In this document: positions 1 to 10,170 of the stretch, one piece after another | How the letters are laid out: the number at the start of each line of letters is the position of its first letter | Numbering within the stretch: the stretch's first letter is position 1 | DNA from: a virus | Direction: 5' to 3' (one strand) | Length of the DNA stretch: 64,000 nucleotides | Virus record (IMG/VR): IMGVR_UViG_3300049489_000707 | Coordinates: 86,726-150,725 of that record | The notes under the pieces: generated by a model | Databases searched by the model: none | Seen by the model: the letters and a program-made list of their open reading frames with translations, nothing else | Told to the model about the DNA's origin: nothing | Program-made: the position numbers and the translations under genes

Positions 1-341
1 GTCCGGAGGGGTGCTCCGTTGTGCTCTTCAACGATACCACCCAGGGTGACGGTGGTGGTGATGGCGAAGGGAGTGGAGATGGTCAGGTTTTCTGGGGCGA
101 TCGGCAGGGTAAAGGGGGTGAGTGTTTCGTAGTTTTGGTCCCAGCCGGTCTCCTCCTTCTTCCAAAGGCAGAGTCGGTACGGGAAGGTCTTGTTCCATCG
201 GAACTGACCCTCGGCGAGGTCGGCGTAGCTCCAGAAAGGGTCCTCGTGAGCGGCCCCCACCTTGACGTCCCCAATGCTGCTGTTGTCCTGGTTGGCTGTC
301 TGCACGACGGCCAGCTGGGTGGTGTTGGTTGGCTCACTCAT
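1..341 (-). CDS. Baseplate/tail structural protein, 3' end runs off the window (MSEPTNTTQLAVV...FTLPIAPENLTISTPFAITTTVTLGGIVEEHNGAPLR)
   Basis: Hand translation from ATG at 341, open to the window edge; not in the ORF track; late motif 6 nt upstream; downstream of baseplate genes. Confidence 0.65.
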   Translation of the reverse strand, partial: MSEPTNTTQLAVVQTANQDNSSIGDVKVGAAHEDPFWSYADLAEGQFRWNKTFPYRLCLWKKEETGWDQNYETLTPFTLPIAPENLTISTPFAITTTVTLGGIVEEHNGAPLR

Positions 342-347
342 GGTCTA

Positions 348-354
348 AAGATTG
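348..354 (-). promoter_or_regulatory. Late promoter motif CAATCTT
   Basis: 6 nt before ATG 341. Confidence 0.7.
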
Positions 355-375
355 GGCTTCGAGGTGTCGAGCCGC

Positions 376-939
376 TTACCCTCCAGCGTAGAAGCTCAAT
401 TCGAGAGAGATCCAGGCGTTATTATTTGCTACCGTCAGGGGCGTCACATTCCCGTTGGCGTTCACTTCGATGCCCATGTAGGCATCCTCAGAGGTGCAAG
501 CAAAAATGCGCGTATCTCCAGGTGCTGGCCGAAAACCTGCGGGGAGCACAAAGGCGGTGACGTACTTCACCGATCCGGTTGGGGGAGTTCGAAGTAGTCC
601 ATGCACACGGACAATCCCCTGTACGTCCTTGTAGTATCGCACCAGCCCATTACCGTAATTCGCATCACCCCACGAAGCATACCCATTGACGAAAGTGCTT
701 ACAGTTACGTATCCTGGCTCTTTGACGATGAGTGACACCAGCGGTGCGAAGGTGGACTTGATGGCGTTGATGGCGTTGAGCTTCATCTCCGCGTTGTAGT
801 CTTTGAAGCCCTTGAAGCCGGCAATGACGGGTGGAGTCCCACCAGGCAGTACGATGCCATCCCCGAAGGAGTCCAGGAATGGCTGCTCCATCGAAGTCAT
901 GAACGCCGATTGGATGGTGGTGAGGGTCAGTGCTGCCAT
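376..939 (-). CDS. Tail fibre/baseplate-associated protein (187 aa)
   Basis: C-terminal VRYYKDVQGIVRVHG...FVLPAGFRP motif typical of phage fibre-associated domains; structural context. Confidence 0.55.
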   Translation of the reverse strand: MAALTLTTIQSAFMTSMEQPFLDSFGDGIVLPGGTPPVIAGFKGFKDYNAEMKLNAINAIKSTFAPLVSLIVKEPGYVTVSTFVNGYASWGDANYGNGLVRYYKDVQGIVRVHGLLRTPPTGSVKYVTAFVLPAGFRPAPGDTRIFACTSEDAYMGIEVNANGNVTPLTVANNNAWISLELSFYAGG

Positions 940-942
940 GTC

Positions 943-1497
943 TTAGTCTACGTATCTGAATACGTAGCCTCCGGTGTTCTTGTAGTGGCCCTTCAGAACT
1001 GAGCAGATGTTGCCAGGACTCAAGTTGAGCTTTCTGGCTGCTTCATTAGTGCTGGAGTAGACTGTTCCGTGTTGGTCTTGGATAGGTCGCTTCGGGAACC
1101 GACCGCGACTGGCATTTCCAGCCTCCTTTGTACGGTCACGGCCCTTCCAGTAGGCACCAATTTTACGTTTAGATTCTTCGGTGTGACTGCCGGTAAAACC
1201 TTCTCCACCCCGACACTGATTTGTAAGCTGACAGCCCATTTTCTTGAAGTAGGCTATCCAGTGAATCTCGGCTTGGGCGAGGGCTTCTGGGTCTTGGAAT
1301 TCCTGAATGACGACGATCGAAGGCTTAAGGTTCTCAGCCAGGAGTTGCTTGATCCAGTTGGTCTTGTAGGTGTTCGTCTTGAGGTAGGTCGGCATATGAT
1401 GTTGCTGAGGGCGCTTGAGACCTCTTTGAGATTTGCCAATGTACCGGAGTTGTCCGTTGCGGGGATCGACCAAGCCGTAGATGAGGAATTGTGTCAT
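943..1497 (-). CDS. GIY-YIG homing endonuclease with C-terminal NUMOD-type HTH (free-standing)
   Basis: IYGLVDPRNGQLRYIGKS motif, conserved E(IHWI) and N(QCRGGEG); C-terminal YSSTNEAARKLNLSPGNICSVLKG. Confidence 0.9.
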   Translation of the reverse strand: MTQFLIYGLVDPRNGQLRYIGKSQRGLKRPQQHHMPTYLKTNTYKTNWIKQLLAENLKPSIVVIQEFQDPEALAQAEIHWIAYFKKMGCQLTNQCRGGEGFTGSHTEESKRKIGAYWKGRDRTKEAGNASRGRFPKRPIQDQHGTVYSSTNEAARKLNLSPGNICSVLKGHYKNTGGYVFRYVD

Positions 1498-1503
1498 GGT
1501 CGT

Positions 1504-1510
1504 AAGATTA
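1504..1510 (-). promoter_or_regulatory. Late promoter motif TAATCTT
   Basis: 6 nt before GIY-YIG ATG. Confidence 0.75.
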
Positions 1511-1526
1511 AGTGCCGATTACGGGG

Positions 1527-2669
1527 TCAGTCGTTCTTGTTCTTCTTGCTCAGGTAGGTGCTTGCCTGGGCCTCAAAGACCTGGATGGAAGCTGCCATCT
1601 TAGCAAACATCGGGGCCGCGCTGTTCAGGGCTGTCCCAGCCGCAGCAAACGGGGTAGCTGCAGCGGCCCCACCGACCATCGGAGGCGCGTTGGCTGCACT
1701 GGCGGCCGTGAGGGTTGATGCGGCCGTTGACAGCAGGCCCTGGATGGACTGCATGGTGGAGGCGATGTCCTTCAGCATCTGAGACTCGGCCTTCCGATAC
1801 GTGTCAGCCAGCAACCAAGCGTCGGTGGCGTCACCCACGTGAACGCCTGCAGACTTGATGTAGACCTTGTCGGACATCTCGATGGTGCAGGTCTTGTCGC
1901 CCTTGACTGTGACGGTGTCTCCGGCCTCGAAGCTGAGCTTCTTGTTCACTTTGACGTGCCACTCTTCGTCCGCCAGGATGTCGAGCTTCTTGTCCTTGTG
2001 GTTCAGATGGATGAATTGCTTCTCGTCCTTGGTGTACAGCTTGATGTCGCCGTCTTTGTTGAAAATGACAGTGCTGCCCTCGGCGTCCTCGTTCGCGTCA
2101 TCGCTCAGCGTTCCATCGACCTTGGTCTGGCCACGGTAGCGAATTTGAAGCTCGCCATCCTTATTGATGCTCGCCTGGGCTCCATTGAACTCAAAGAAGA
2201 GGTTGTGGCCGTCGTCCTTCTTGTCCTTGCCTTGCTGTTTGTCGCCTTCTTTGTCTGTACCGGTGTCACGGAACCCACCCACAATGACAGCTTTGGTGGT
2301 GTTGCCATTGACGCAGAGGAGGGCTACCTTGGCACCCACTCCAATGCCATCCTCTGGGGGCTGCTGACTGTCGTCGACCCGCAACGTGAATCGGAAGATG
2401 TCTGCCACAGACCCGAAGAGGTTCAGGAGAATGCAGCCAGCGTACTTGGTGCTGGTGCCAGGTCCGTTCCCCTCCTTCTCTTGGACTTCAACCGTGTACT
2501 CAATGAACCTGCGGCTGACGCTCTTGTCGTCGTCTGGATAGACGATCTCACGCACCTCGCCAGTGCGAAGGGCGAGATTGGACATAGCTCCGGTGTCCTG
2601 GTGGTCCCCTTGCGCGAAGGAGCCCAGGTAGCTGGGAATGACACTGTTGTCATCTAGTATGTTGGCCAT
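1527..2669 (-). CDS. Baseplate spike/gpV-like protein (380 aa)
   Basis: N-terminal OB-like region (GEVREIVYPDD...VALLCVNG...IVGG), beta-repeat C-terminal part; position next to hub gene. Confidence 0.65.
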   Translation of the reverse strand: MANILDDNSVIPSYLGSFAQGDHQDTGAMSNLALRTGEVREIVYPDDDKSVSRRFIEYTVEVQEKEGNGPGTSTKYAGCILLNLFGSVADIFRFTLRVDDSQQPPEDGIGVGAKVALLCVNGNTTKAVIVGGFRDTGTDKEGDKQQGKDKKDDGHNLFFEFNGAQASINKDGELQIRYRGQTKVDGTLSDDANEDAEGSTVIFNKDGDIKLYTKDEKQFIHLNHKDKKLDILADEEWHVKVNKKLSFEAGDTVTVKGDKTCTIEMSDKVYIKSAGVHVGDATDAWLLADTYRKAESQMLKDIASTMQSIQGLLSTAASTLTAASAANAPPMVGGAAAATPFAAAGTALNSAAPMFAKMAASIQVFEAQASTYLSKKNKND

Positions 2670-4534
2670 TAGGTGAGTGTACCATCGGTGATGTCGTTGA
2701 TCGCCAGCTGGGTTGTGCCCTGGCGTTCATCCGTTTCAGTTTCTTGGGGAGAGTCCTTCGTCAGTCCAGGATTGAACCCGAGCTGGTCCGTAGGCTTGGT
2801 GCCGGCGTAGATGTCGAGATCGCTCAATCCCGTGCCGGTGGCTCTGACACCGTGAGTGAGAGCGAGGGTTGTGACAAAAGTCTTCTGTCCGTCAGGCTGG
2901 ATGCCGCAGCTGTGTGTCACCGATTCGATGTGAAAAACTACGTCGTCCCACTCGATGTTGTCGCCGGGGCAGATGGGCGCCTGAATGCCAACTGTAACCA
3001 TTGTTCCGGTGAGCGTGAGCTGCTGACCCATGAGGATGTCAGAGGTGATCTCCATCCACTTCTTGGGACTACCGTTTCTAGTGTCCTCGGGGGCGCACGG
3101 GATGGTCTGCATGTGCGGCCTGAGACCGCTCCTTGCGATGTCCAAGTCGTCACGAATGGGCGGGTTGCGTACGATCTGAGCTGCGAATGGAGCTGAGTGG
3201 TCAACTGTATCGCCGTAGACGTGAACGAAATTGAAGCGCAATGAGTCGCTGCGCCCGAGGTCGAAGTCCTTCACCAGCACAGGATCGATTCCCCATCGCG
3301 GGAGATCCAGGAACCTGGTCACGGACAGGCTGGTCGTGAGATGCCTGCTGGTGAATGGAAGCTGGCGTACGACCATCGTGGGAACCACGAATCCATCTGG
3401 ATTCACCCGAAGACAGGTGTACATCTCATTGACGGCTGGGTTCAGGTACTGTTGAAGAATCGTCCACACGCTCTTGTTGTAGAAGTGGGGTGCTTGCGGA
3501 AGGAACTCGCCGAGCATGTCAGTGCCGGTGAATCGACGGCTTCCGCCGCCCTCAGTGCCGTCTGGAGCGAAGCCCTTCGCTGCTTCACGTTCGTCGATAC
3601 CCCCTTGAGGCAGCTCTATTTCGACCCCGCTGCTCCCGGAGTACTTCTGGATGCCGATAATACACTCAAGCACGTCGGCGTAGGTCAGTAGGCCGCCAGC
3701 AGTGCTCTTTTGGGTCTTGTTCAGGGCCTTGCCAACTACGTCAGGTAGGATGTATGCGTAGTTCGCCGTTAGCCCTGTAGTTGCTTGAAGCCGGGGGTCA
3801 CTGTTCCCACGACTGAGGTTTGCGGGAATCCCCTTGCCGAGAAGCAGGTCGAGAAAGGTGGGGATGGCCTTGTTGACGTCGATGCTGACGGTCTTCCTGC
3901 CAGAACCCTTGGTGATTTCATTCAGCGAGGTGCCGAGCTTGCTGAAGTAGTTCCCAATTGCCGGCTCCTTCTCTGCGAGGTGTGGGTCGTAGAAAATCTG
4001 TGCATCGAACTCGTTGAAGCTGACAGCCGACAGAGTGTAGCGGCTGATGCGGTGACCTGTGGGAGCTTGCGTGATTCTCTTCCTCAGGCTTTGGACTCGT
4101 CCGGTGAACTTCAACCCGTCTTGGAATCGATTGACGGCCTGTGCTTCCTGGCTCGTGAATGTGTTCAGCTTCTTAATTAGCTCATCGTAGTTAAGCTTGT
4201 TGTTCACCATCCAGGCCATCACGTAATCGCCCGGGAAAATCTCCGCCAGGTAGTTGGTCCCTGAGTCGATCAGCGTCGCTGAGGCCTGCATCAGGTACGA
4301 GCCCTTCGTGCTGGTTACTTGCAACTGAAGGCAGTCGTCGGTGATGATCATCGGCTTCCCGCGAATCTCCACAGCGTCACTGTACGTGGTGCTGATGCTT
4401 GAGTTTCGATTGCGGTCGTAGGTGGTCGGGAACTTCAAACGAAAGACACACAACACCCAATACGGACTGACCGTCACATACTCTGACTCGGGAGCCAGCT
4501 CAAAATCTCTGATGACGTCGTAGGTGTTTGCCAT
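2669..4534 (-). CDS. Baseplate hub / tail protein (621 aa)
   Basis: Position directly after tape measure; FTGRV...LSAVSFN and final GTMVTVG...CPGDNIEW...FHIESVTH motifs of gp27/gpD-like hubs. Confidence 0.6.
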   Translation of the reverse strand: MANTYDVIRDFELAPESEYVTVSPYWVLCVFRLKFPTTYDRNRNSSISTTYSDAVEIRGKPMIITDDCLQLQVTSTKGSYLMQASATLIDSGTNYLAEIFPGDYVMAWMVNNKLNYDELIKKLNTFTSQEAQAVNRFQDGLKFTGRVQSLRKRITQAPTGHRISRYTLSAVSFNEFDAQIFYDPHLAEKEPAIGNYFSKLGTSLNEITKGSGRKTVSIDVNKAIPTFLDLLLGKGIPANLSRGNSDPRLQATTGLTANYAYILPDVVGKALNKTQKSTAGGLLTYADVLECIIGIQKYSGSSGVEIELPQGGIDEREAAKGFAPDGTEGGGSRRFTGTDMLGEFLPQAPHFYNKSVWTILQQYLNPAVNEMYTCLRVNPDGFVVPTMVVRQLPFTSRHLTTSLSVTRFLDLPRWGIDPVLVKDFDLGRSDSLRFNFVHVYGDTVDHSAPFAAQIVRNPPIRDDLDIARSGLRPHMQTIPCAPEDTRNGSPKKWMEITSDILMGQQLTLTGTMVTVGIQAPICPGDNIEWDDVVFHIESVTHSCGIQPDGQKTFVTTLALTHGVRATGTGLSDLDIYAGTKPTDQLGFNPGLTKDSPQETETDERQGTTQLAINDITDGTLT

Positions 4535-4537
4535 GGC

Positions 4538-7039
4538 TTACTTCTTGGGTACAGCCTTACTGGCTGCTGGTGCGCCTGGTTTTCCCGGCTGCTGTTTTGC
4601 TTTGGACGGGTCGAATGCGACGGCCGCTTTGTTGAAGGAGTCGGTGAGGTCGGCCAGGGCCTTCATCATGTCACCGGCTTCTTGGCTTAGGTTCTCACCG
4701 AAGTTTGCGAGCTTCTTAGTTGCCTCCGGCATCGCCTTGATGGTGTCTTCGAGGTCTTTGCCGATGACCTTGAGGCTGGCGTCGATCTTCTTCTGCAGCT
4801 CTTCCTGAGCAGCAAGAGAGGTCTTCTCAGCCCCGCCGACGCCGCCGCCGATCTTCCCCGACTTGAGCTTCTCCCCTTGACCCGATAGAATGCGCGCCGC
4901 GCCGACCCCGGCCTCTTCATCGCCACCAGTCAGTAGGGCGCTGCTGGCACCGAGAGTCTTGATGGTGTCGACGTCACCTTCCTTCCTGAGCTTCTTGAGG
5001 TAGTCCCCGTAGCCCATGCCTGAAGCTTGGTAGCCTCGGATGGCCTTCGACATCGGGTCGTTCTTTCCCTCATCGACGAATCGGTCGAAGACGGAGCCCA
5101 TGCTCTCGCCGAGCTGCTCTTTGATTTTGTCTGGCGTCAACCCCAGGGCCTTGGCGGTCTCGGTCATCTTGCCGCCGTTGGCCATGTCCAGCATCTGCTT
5201 CATGGACATGCCGTTGGCGAGGAAATCCTGGCTGTAGCTGCTACCAGATGCATTCAGACCGATGGCTGAGATGAGGTTACGACCTTGCTGGTAGGAATCG
5301 ACACCGCCCTGGGTGATGGTAGAGCCGTACTGGAGCCCCGCTACAGCTTGCTGGACCTTGTTGAAGTCGCTCGATGCACCCGTGAAGCCCATGCCCGCCT
5401 GAGCAGCTGCCAGCGCTCCATACCCGCTCGTGGTACCACGAACATCGAAGCCCTGCCCCAGAACCCCCTGACCCAGCTGGATACCTGCGGCCTTGTCAAT
5501 ACCACCGCCGAGCGCTCCCATCGCCAGAGTCTTGCCTTGGCCAAGCCGCGCCGAAGCCCCCATGAGTTCGCTGAACCCGCCATAGCCCTGGGCCTGTGCA
5601 GCCATCGCGGTCCAGGCGTTGCGACCGGCGAACTTGCCACCAGCTGAACTGCGAAGCCCCTGGAAAGCCCCAAGGTACTCGCCGGCAGTATAGCCCTGTC
5701 CTTCAAGCTTGGTGATGAGGTCGCCAGCCTGGTTCTCGTACACACGATCGCCAGCCCCCTTCTTCTGCTGAAGGCCGCCAACACCCATGATGCGCTGCAT
5801 CTGGATGCTCTGAGCCATGCGGCCTTGAAAACTTTCCTGGGCCATGTTGGCATACAGCATCGCCGTGCCCTTGGCCTTCTCGTCGAGCTGCTTGAAGGCG
5901 TTCTCCGCCATGTTCGATTGCTGGTGCGCGGTCGTGAAGCCGCCCAAGGCCCCACCACCCGTATCAGGGCCCACGAGGCCGATAGCTCGTGCGATACCGC
6001 CGACCACGGGGATGCTTCCTGCAAACTGACCAACACCGGCTCGAATCTGCTCTGCATTGGCCGCAACGCCGCTGGTCTGCGCTTCGAGGTCCTTGCGGGC
6101 ATCGGCATCACGCTGCTGCATCTTCAGATTGAAGAGCCAGCGGGTATCGCCTGCGTGCATTTGGCGAATCTTACTTTCAACCAACTGTCCACGCTTGCCT
6201 TCTTCAGAAGCATACGAGCGATTGCCGGCCAGCGACTCATCGAGGCCGAAGTTGGCCACAGCCAGGGCGCCAGCGATGCCCGCGCCGACGGAGCCGATAC
6301 CAGAGGGCTTCAGCTTACCGAGCATCCCCTTCAGAGCTGCCTTGCGGCCACCAATACCCGCTGCAATCTCGTCAGGGCTCCGGCTGTCGATGCCTGCTGC
6401 ATGACGGTCGAAGGCCTCAGCTTCAGCCTCGCTGCTGAACCCGGAGGCTCGCAGTCGCTGTTCCTTGGCCAAGGCGTGGAGCTTCTGGCCCTCAGCTGCC
6501 ACGTCGCCACGCTTGGTGCCGGCTTCGAGGAGCTTCTCTTGGATGCGCTCCCTTTCGCCACCGTACAGGCGCTCTGCGTCGCCAGCCTTCATTCCCTGGG
6601 AGACGCTTCGGGCCTGGGCAATACCCAGCTCCTGGTAGCGCTTCGCTAGGTCTGCAATGGTCTTGTCGAGGGCCTTGAGGTCGTTCTGCTGTGCGCCGAT
6701 GCCTCGATGAAGAGCGTCAGCCATCACCTTCATGGCAGCTCCGCCCTCAGAGGCGAGACGCTTGAAGCCGTCGGCGTTGGCCGTCAGAACGGAAGTGAAG
6801 CTTGCCTTACCGCCACCGCTGGCTGCAGCTGTGCCGCCCTTACCAGCGAGGGTGCTCTGGGGGCTGGGCGCACCGCCACCCACCTTGGCTCCCCCCATGA
6901 TGCCCTGGCCAGCGACACCAGCCATGGCCTTGCCCAGCTCCTGGGCCTTTCGGATCATGTCGTCCAATACACGGTTGACCGAGCGAGCGCTGTTCTCGTC
7001 GACCACGAACTGGAACTTGATTTGCTTGGTTTCTGACAT
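4538..7039 (-). CDS. Tail tape measure protein (833 aa)
   Basis: Ala/Gly-rich helical composition, N-terminal IKFQFVVD, position after chaperones and before hub. Confidence 0.75.
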   Translation of the reverse strand: MSETKQIKFQFVVDENSARSVNRVLDDMIRKAQELGKAMAGVAGQGIMGGAKVGGGAPSPQSTLAGKGGTAAASGGGKASFTSVLTANADGFKRLASEGGAAMKVMADALHRGIGAQQNDLKALDKTIADLAKRYQELGIAQARSVSQGMKAGDAERLYGGERERIQEKLLEAGTKRGDVAAEGQKLHALAKEQRLRASGFSSEAEAEAFDRHAAGIDSRSPDEIAAGIGGRKAALKGMLGKLKPSGIGSVGAGIAGALAVANFGLDESLAGNRSYASEEGKRGQLVESKIRQMHAGDTRWLFNLKMQQRDADARKDLEAQTSGVAANAEQIRAGVGQFAGSIPVVGGIARAIGLVGPDTGGGALGGFTTAHQQSNMAENAFKQLDEKAKGTAMLYANMAQESFQGRMAQSIQMQRIMGVGGLQQKKGAGDRVYENQAGDLITKLEGQGYTAGEYLGAFQGLRSSAGGKFAGRNAWTAMAAQAQGYGGFSELMGASARLGQGKTLAMGALGGGIDKAAGIQLGQGVLGQGFDVRGTTSGYGALAAAQAGMGFTGASSDFNKVQQAVAGLQYGSTITQGGVDSYQQGRNLISAIGLNASGSSYSQDFLANGMSMKQMLDMANGGKMTETAKALGLTPDKIKEQLGESMGSVFDRFVDEGKNDPMSKAIRGYQASGMGYGDYLKKLRKEGDVDTIKTLGASSALLTGGDEEAGVGAARILSGQGEKLKSGKIGGGVGGAEKTSLAAQEELQKKIDASLKVIGKDLEDTIKAMPEATKKLANFGENLSQEAGDMMKALADLTDSFNKAAVAFDPSKAKQQPGKPGAPAASKAVPKK

Positions 7040-7064
7040 GACCTAGACCTCGGGGGATACAGGG

Positions 7065-7071
7065 AAGATTG
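7065..7071 (-). promoter_or_regulatory. Late promoter motif CAATCTT
   Basis: Intergenic, 25 nt before tape measure ATG. Confidence 0.7.
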
Positions 7072-7614
7072 TCACTTCCCTTCTTTCGGACTCATCATCC
7101 CGAACCCCTCCAATTCCTTCTCGAAATCGGCCGCATCTACGAACTTGATGGCGACATCTGGCTCTAGTTTCTCAAAGGCTTGGGGCGGCCTCTCTTGTGG
7201 CAGCTGCGATGGACGCCGGTCGGCCGCACTCAACATCGACGGTTTTCTCTCAATCGGCTTGACTTCAGTTAGCTTTGCCTTGGCCAGTCTTTCCTTTTCC
7301 TCAGCTGCCAGTCTGCGCGTGAAAGCGAAAGCCTCTGCGTCTTCGATGTCCTTAGCCCGAGCCTTAGCCTTCTTCTCTTCTTCGGTCTCCAGTAGGACCT
7401 TGAGAAGCTCTTGCCTTTCGGGGTCTTCCATGTCTTCGTAGGTCTTCTCGTAGTAGGCGATCAGGATGTCCTCTTCCGGAATCTCTTCGACCATGTGAAG
7501 TGGGGTGTGGAAGGTGATGCTGTACCAACGGCAGATGCTCCGAAAATGAGCATCGCCATCGGGCTTCATGACAGCCCTAAGAGCCAGGAGCTTGAGGGCG
7601 TCGTAGTGGTTCAT
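7072..7614 (-). CDS. Tail assembly chaperone-like protein (180 aa)
   Basis: Position immediately upstream of tape measure; RSICRWYSITFHTPL motif. Confidence 0.5.
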   Translation of the reverse strand: MNHYDALKLLALRAVMKPDGDAHFRSICRWYSITFHTPLHMVEEIPEEDILIAYYEKTYEDMEDPERQELLKVLLETEEEKKAKARAKDIEDAEAFAFTRRLAAEEKERLAKAKLTEVKPIERKPSMLSAADRRPSQLPQERPPQAFEKLEPDVAIKFVDAADFEKELEGFGMMSPKEGK

Positions 7615-8010
7615 TTAGGGCTTTTTCGCTGCCTCTTCCGCCACCGCTTCCACCTGTGCCTGCGCCTTCTTCTGGATGGCCTCGATGGCCTCTCGCTCGA
7701 TGCGCGCTACGTTGTCGTATACGGCAGCGACCGGGGTTTCATCGAGCAGCTCAAGGCCGTTCTTGGAGTCCTTCCACCAGCTGGGGAACTCAACCAGATG
7801 GACCCAGAGCTTCGAAAAAACAGCGCTCACGTTGGTGGCGTCCACGCTGGCGTCCTCAGGCTTGGAGCCCAACAGGTCACGCCGGAGCTGGTCGCGCCGG
7901 AGGTTGTCCCGATGGCTGAGACGGGGGACGGCCTTGAAGACGCCCTTGAAGGTTTCGCCGGTGACCTCACCGACAACATCGACGCTGAACTCAACTGGTA
8001 GGTTTGCCAC
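7615..8010 (-). CDS. Tail assembly chaperone (131 aa)
   Basis: GTG start with GGAG SD; size and position typical of gpG-like chaperones. Confidence 0.55.
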   Translation of the reverse strand: MANLPVEFSVDVVGEVTGETFKGVFKAVPRLSHRDNLRRDQLRRDLLGSKPEDASVDATNVSAVFSKLWVHLVEFPSWWKDSKNGLELLDETPVAAVYDNVARIEREAIEAIQKKAQAQVEAVAEEAAKKP

Positions 8011-8072
8011 TGTTTTCTCCTGGGGGTACGGACAGCCTGAAGGACTAAGTCAACTCCGGCCTATCCGGAGAG

Positions 8073-8079
8073 AAGATTA
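8073..8079 (-). promoter_or_regulatory. Late promoter motif TAATCTT
   Basis: Intergenic, back-to-back with early promoter. Confidence 0.7.
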
Positions 8080-8083
8080 CCTC

Positions 8084-8113
8084 TTGACACGAGAGGATCG
8101 GATCCTGTAGAAA
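8084..8113 (+). promoter_or_regulatory. Early sigma70-type promoter
   Basis: TTGACA-18-TAGAAA, ATG 9 nt downstream. Confidence 0.75.
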
Positions 8114-8122
8114 GATTCTACC

Positions 8123-8863
8123 ATGGCCTACCTCAAGTACTACGCCGATGAGAACCGCCGTCACAAGGTTGCTGAGTCCATCAAGCTGAGCTTCCAGGCT
8201 TGCGCAGACCTCACCGCCTGGCTCTGCAAGTTCTTCAACCTGGAGCCCAACAAGGTCACCCTCCTGGACAAAAACACCAAGCGATTCTCGCGGGTTAAGA
8301 AGACCAAGAGCTGGTACTCTTCGGGCACCAACGAGATCGTCTACCACCCCTCGATGCTCAACCCCCTGACCGTGGTTCACGAGGTGGCCCACTACGCCCA
8401 CAACGTCGACCGCAAGAAGCGCTACACTGAAATCCGGGCCAAGTGGGAGACCACCAAGGAGTACACTGACGCCTTCGGTCGTCTCCGTATCCGCCCCTTC
8501 CCGATGCGCAAGGAGAAGTGGCACGGCCCCGAGCACCGCGCCTTCGTCGAGAAGGGGATGGCCGCCATCAAGGCTCTGCCTGCCCTCCAGCGCTACTTCG
8601 CCGAGACCCCCGAAGCCGAGCTGGCCCGTGCCGACCTCGCCCTCCAGGAGGTCCTCCGCAACGGCCTGGACCCGGTTGCTGCGCCCCGCAACGACGGCGA
8701 CGTGGTGGCGAAGTTCTTCGAGTCCCTGCCCGAGAAGCTGACCTGCCCGTGCTGCAAGGCCCACATCCCCAAGCAGAACTTCGGGGTGCGTGTCATGAAG
8801 CGAGATGCAAGCGGCGTGCCAGTGAAAATGAGGGCACAGAGCTATTGCAAGGCGTGCCGGTAG
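8123..8863 (+). CDS. SprT-like zincin metallopeptidase with C-terminal zinc finger (246 aa)
   Basis: HEVAH plus downstream WHGPEH; C-terminal CPCC...CKAC. Confidence 0.7.
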   Translation: MAYLKYYADENRRHKVAESIKLSFQACADLTAWLCKFFNLEPNKVTLLDKNTKRFSRVKKTKSWYSSGTNEIVYHPSMLNPLTVVHEVAHYAHNVDRKKRYTEIRAKWETTKEYTDAFGRLRIRPFPMRKEKWHGPEHRAFVEKGMAAIKALPALQRYFAETPEAELARADLALQEVLRNGLDPVAAPRNDGDVVAKFFESLPEKLTCPCCKAHIPKQNFGVRVMKRDASGVPVKMRAQSYCKACR

Positions 8864-8879
8864 TTGATAGAAAGAACCC

Positions 8880-10170
8880 ATGAACGACATCGAACTCCTC
8901 CGCAACGAGTACCGTAGCATGCAGCGCCGGGGTATCGCGGCTCTCCTCACTATCTGCGCCCTTGATGAGTCGCCCAAGAGGTTCTACAATCAGCTGGTGC
9001 GAGAGCGAATGGTTGGTCTGGAGCCAACGCCCGAGAACTGGATTCGCCAGGCCCGTATTCTCACCATCGACCTCGAAGTCAGTGCTGATGACTACGACGA
9101 GTACCTGCACGAGAAGGCCATGGAAGAGCAGGAGAACGACCACATGGGGTACGACACCCTCGAAGAGCGCCGTATGGACAGGGAGGAGTGGTAACATGGC
9201 AGACAGAACCTCAGCGGGTGTGTTCGGCGACCTCTTCGTCTACCTGGCTCAACAGCCCCAAAGCCCCCAGCGAGACGCCTTCGCTCTCCAGATGTGGAAG
9301 AACACCAGCGACTACGACTTCAGCCCGTACCAGATGGGCGCGGACGGGGCTCTGATGGTCCTGGGCCTGGCTCGGAAGGGGATCGACCCCGACTACCCCG
9401 ATGACGGTGAGATTCTCCTGTACGGCCCGGTGACGCCATGAAGATTCTCCACGACACCGGCTGGGAAGCCCGTAACACCGGCTGCCGCTGCTACTACGTC
9501 AGCGAACGGTTCGTCGACTACGAGGCGGTTCCGGAGGAAGTCCAGAGCTTCATTGACGCAGAAAAGAAGGCGTGGTATGGTCAGGAATTCTCAGCGCGGG
9601 TCATCGGGAACCGCGTCTACTTTCGGAGAGGAGTCGACAGTGGCGACTAAAAAGAAGCAGGCCCCCGGTATGACGTTGGAGCTGGATGGCAAGGTGTTCC
9701 TTGTCGACCGTCAGCCGGGCAAGAGGGCAATCAAGACGGAAATCGACGGGACGCTGGTGCTGAAGCTCGTCCTGGCCGCGCTGACCGAGGGACTCGCGCT
9801 GCGAGACCAGAAGAGGACGGCCAGCAATGGACGGTAAGTTCACGGTGCGGGCCACGATGGGCATGGTGCTCGGCAAGAGCCTGCACTTCACCCAGTACGA
9901 GGAGGCCAGCGACTTCGCGGCCCTCATGATTCAGGGTCAGCCCTTCGGCGAGGTCGAGGTTCTGAACCCCGAAGGCAAGGTTGTCTGGAGCTACACCAGG
10001 AAGCCATGAGCAAGAAAAAAGAAGTGGCCGTCTGCCAGCAGTGCTTCCGGGACTACACGCGCGGGGCACACGACGACGGGTTCTGCAGCGACTTCTGTCT
10101 TGAGGCCTACGAAGACAGCTTCGAAGACGAGTTCGATGGTGAAGACGACAAAGTTGAGGAGGAAGAATGA
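8880..10170 (+). CDS. Six small coupled early ORFs (8880-9194, 9196-9441, 9438-9650, 9640-9837, 9827-10009, 10006-10170), unknown function
   Basis: Overlapping stop/start codons, SD motifs, GC3 codon bias. Confidence 0.7.

Noticed and set aside
7072-8010. Programmed -1 frameshift joining the two tail chaperone genes (G AAA AAG just before the stop)
   Set aside because: The second ORF is in the same frame (TAA ATG), so a -1 shift would not reach it, and the heptamer is not a proper X XXY YYZ site
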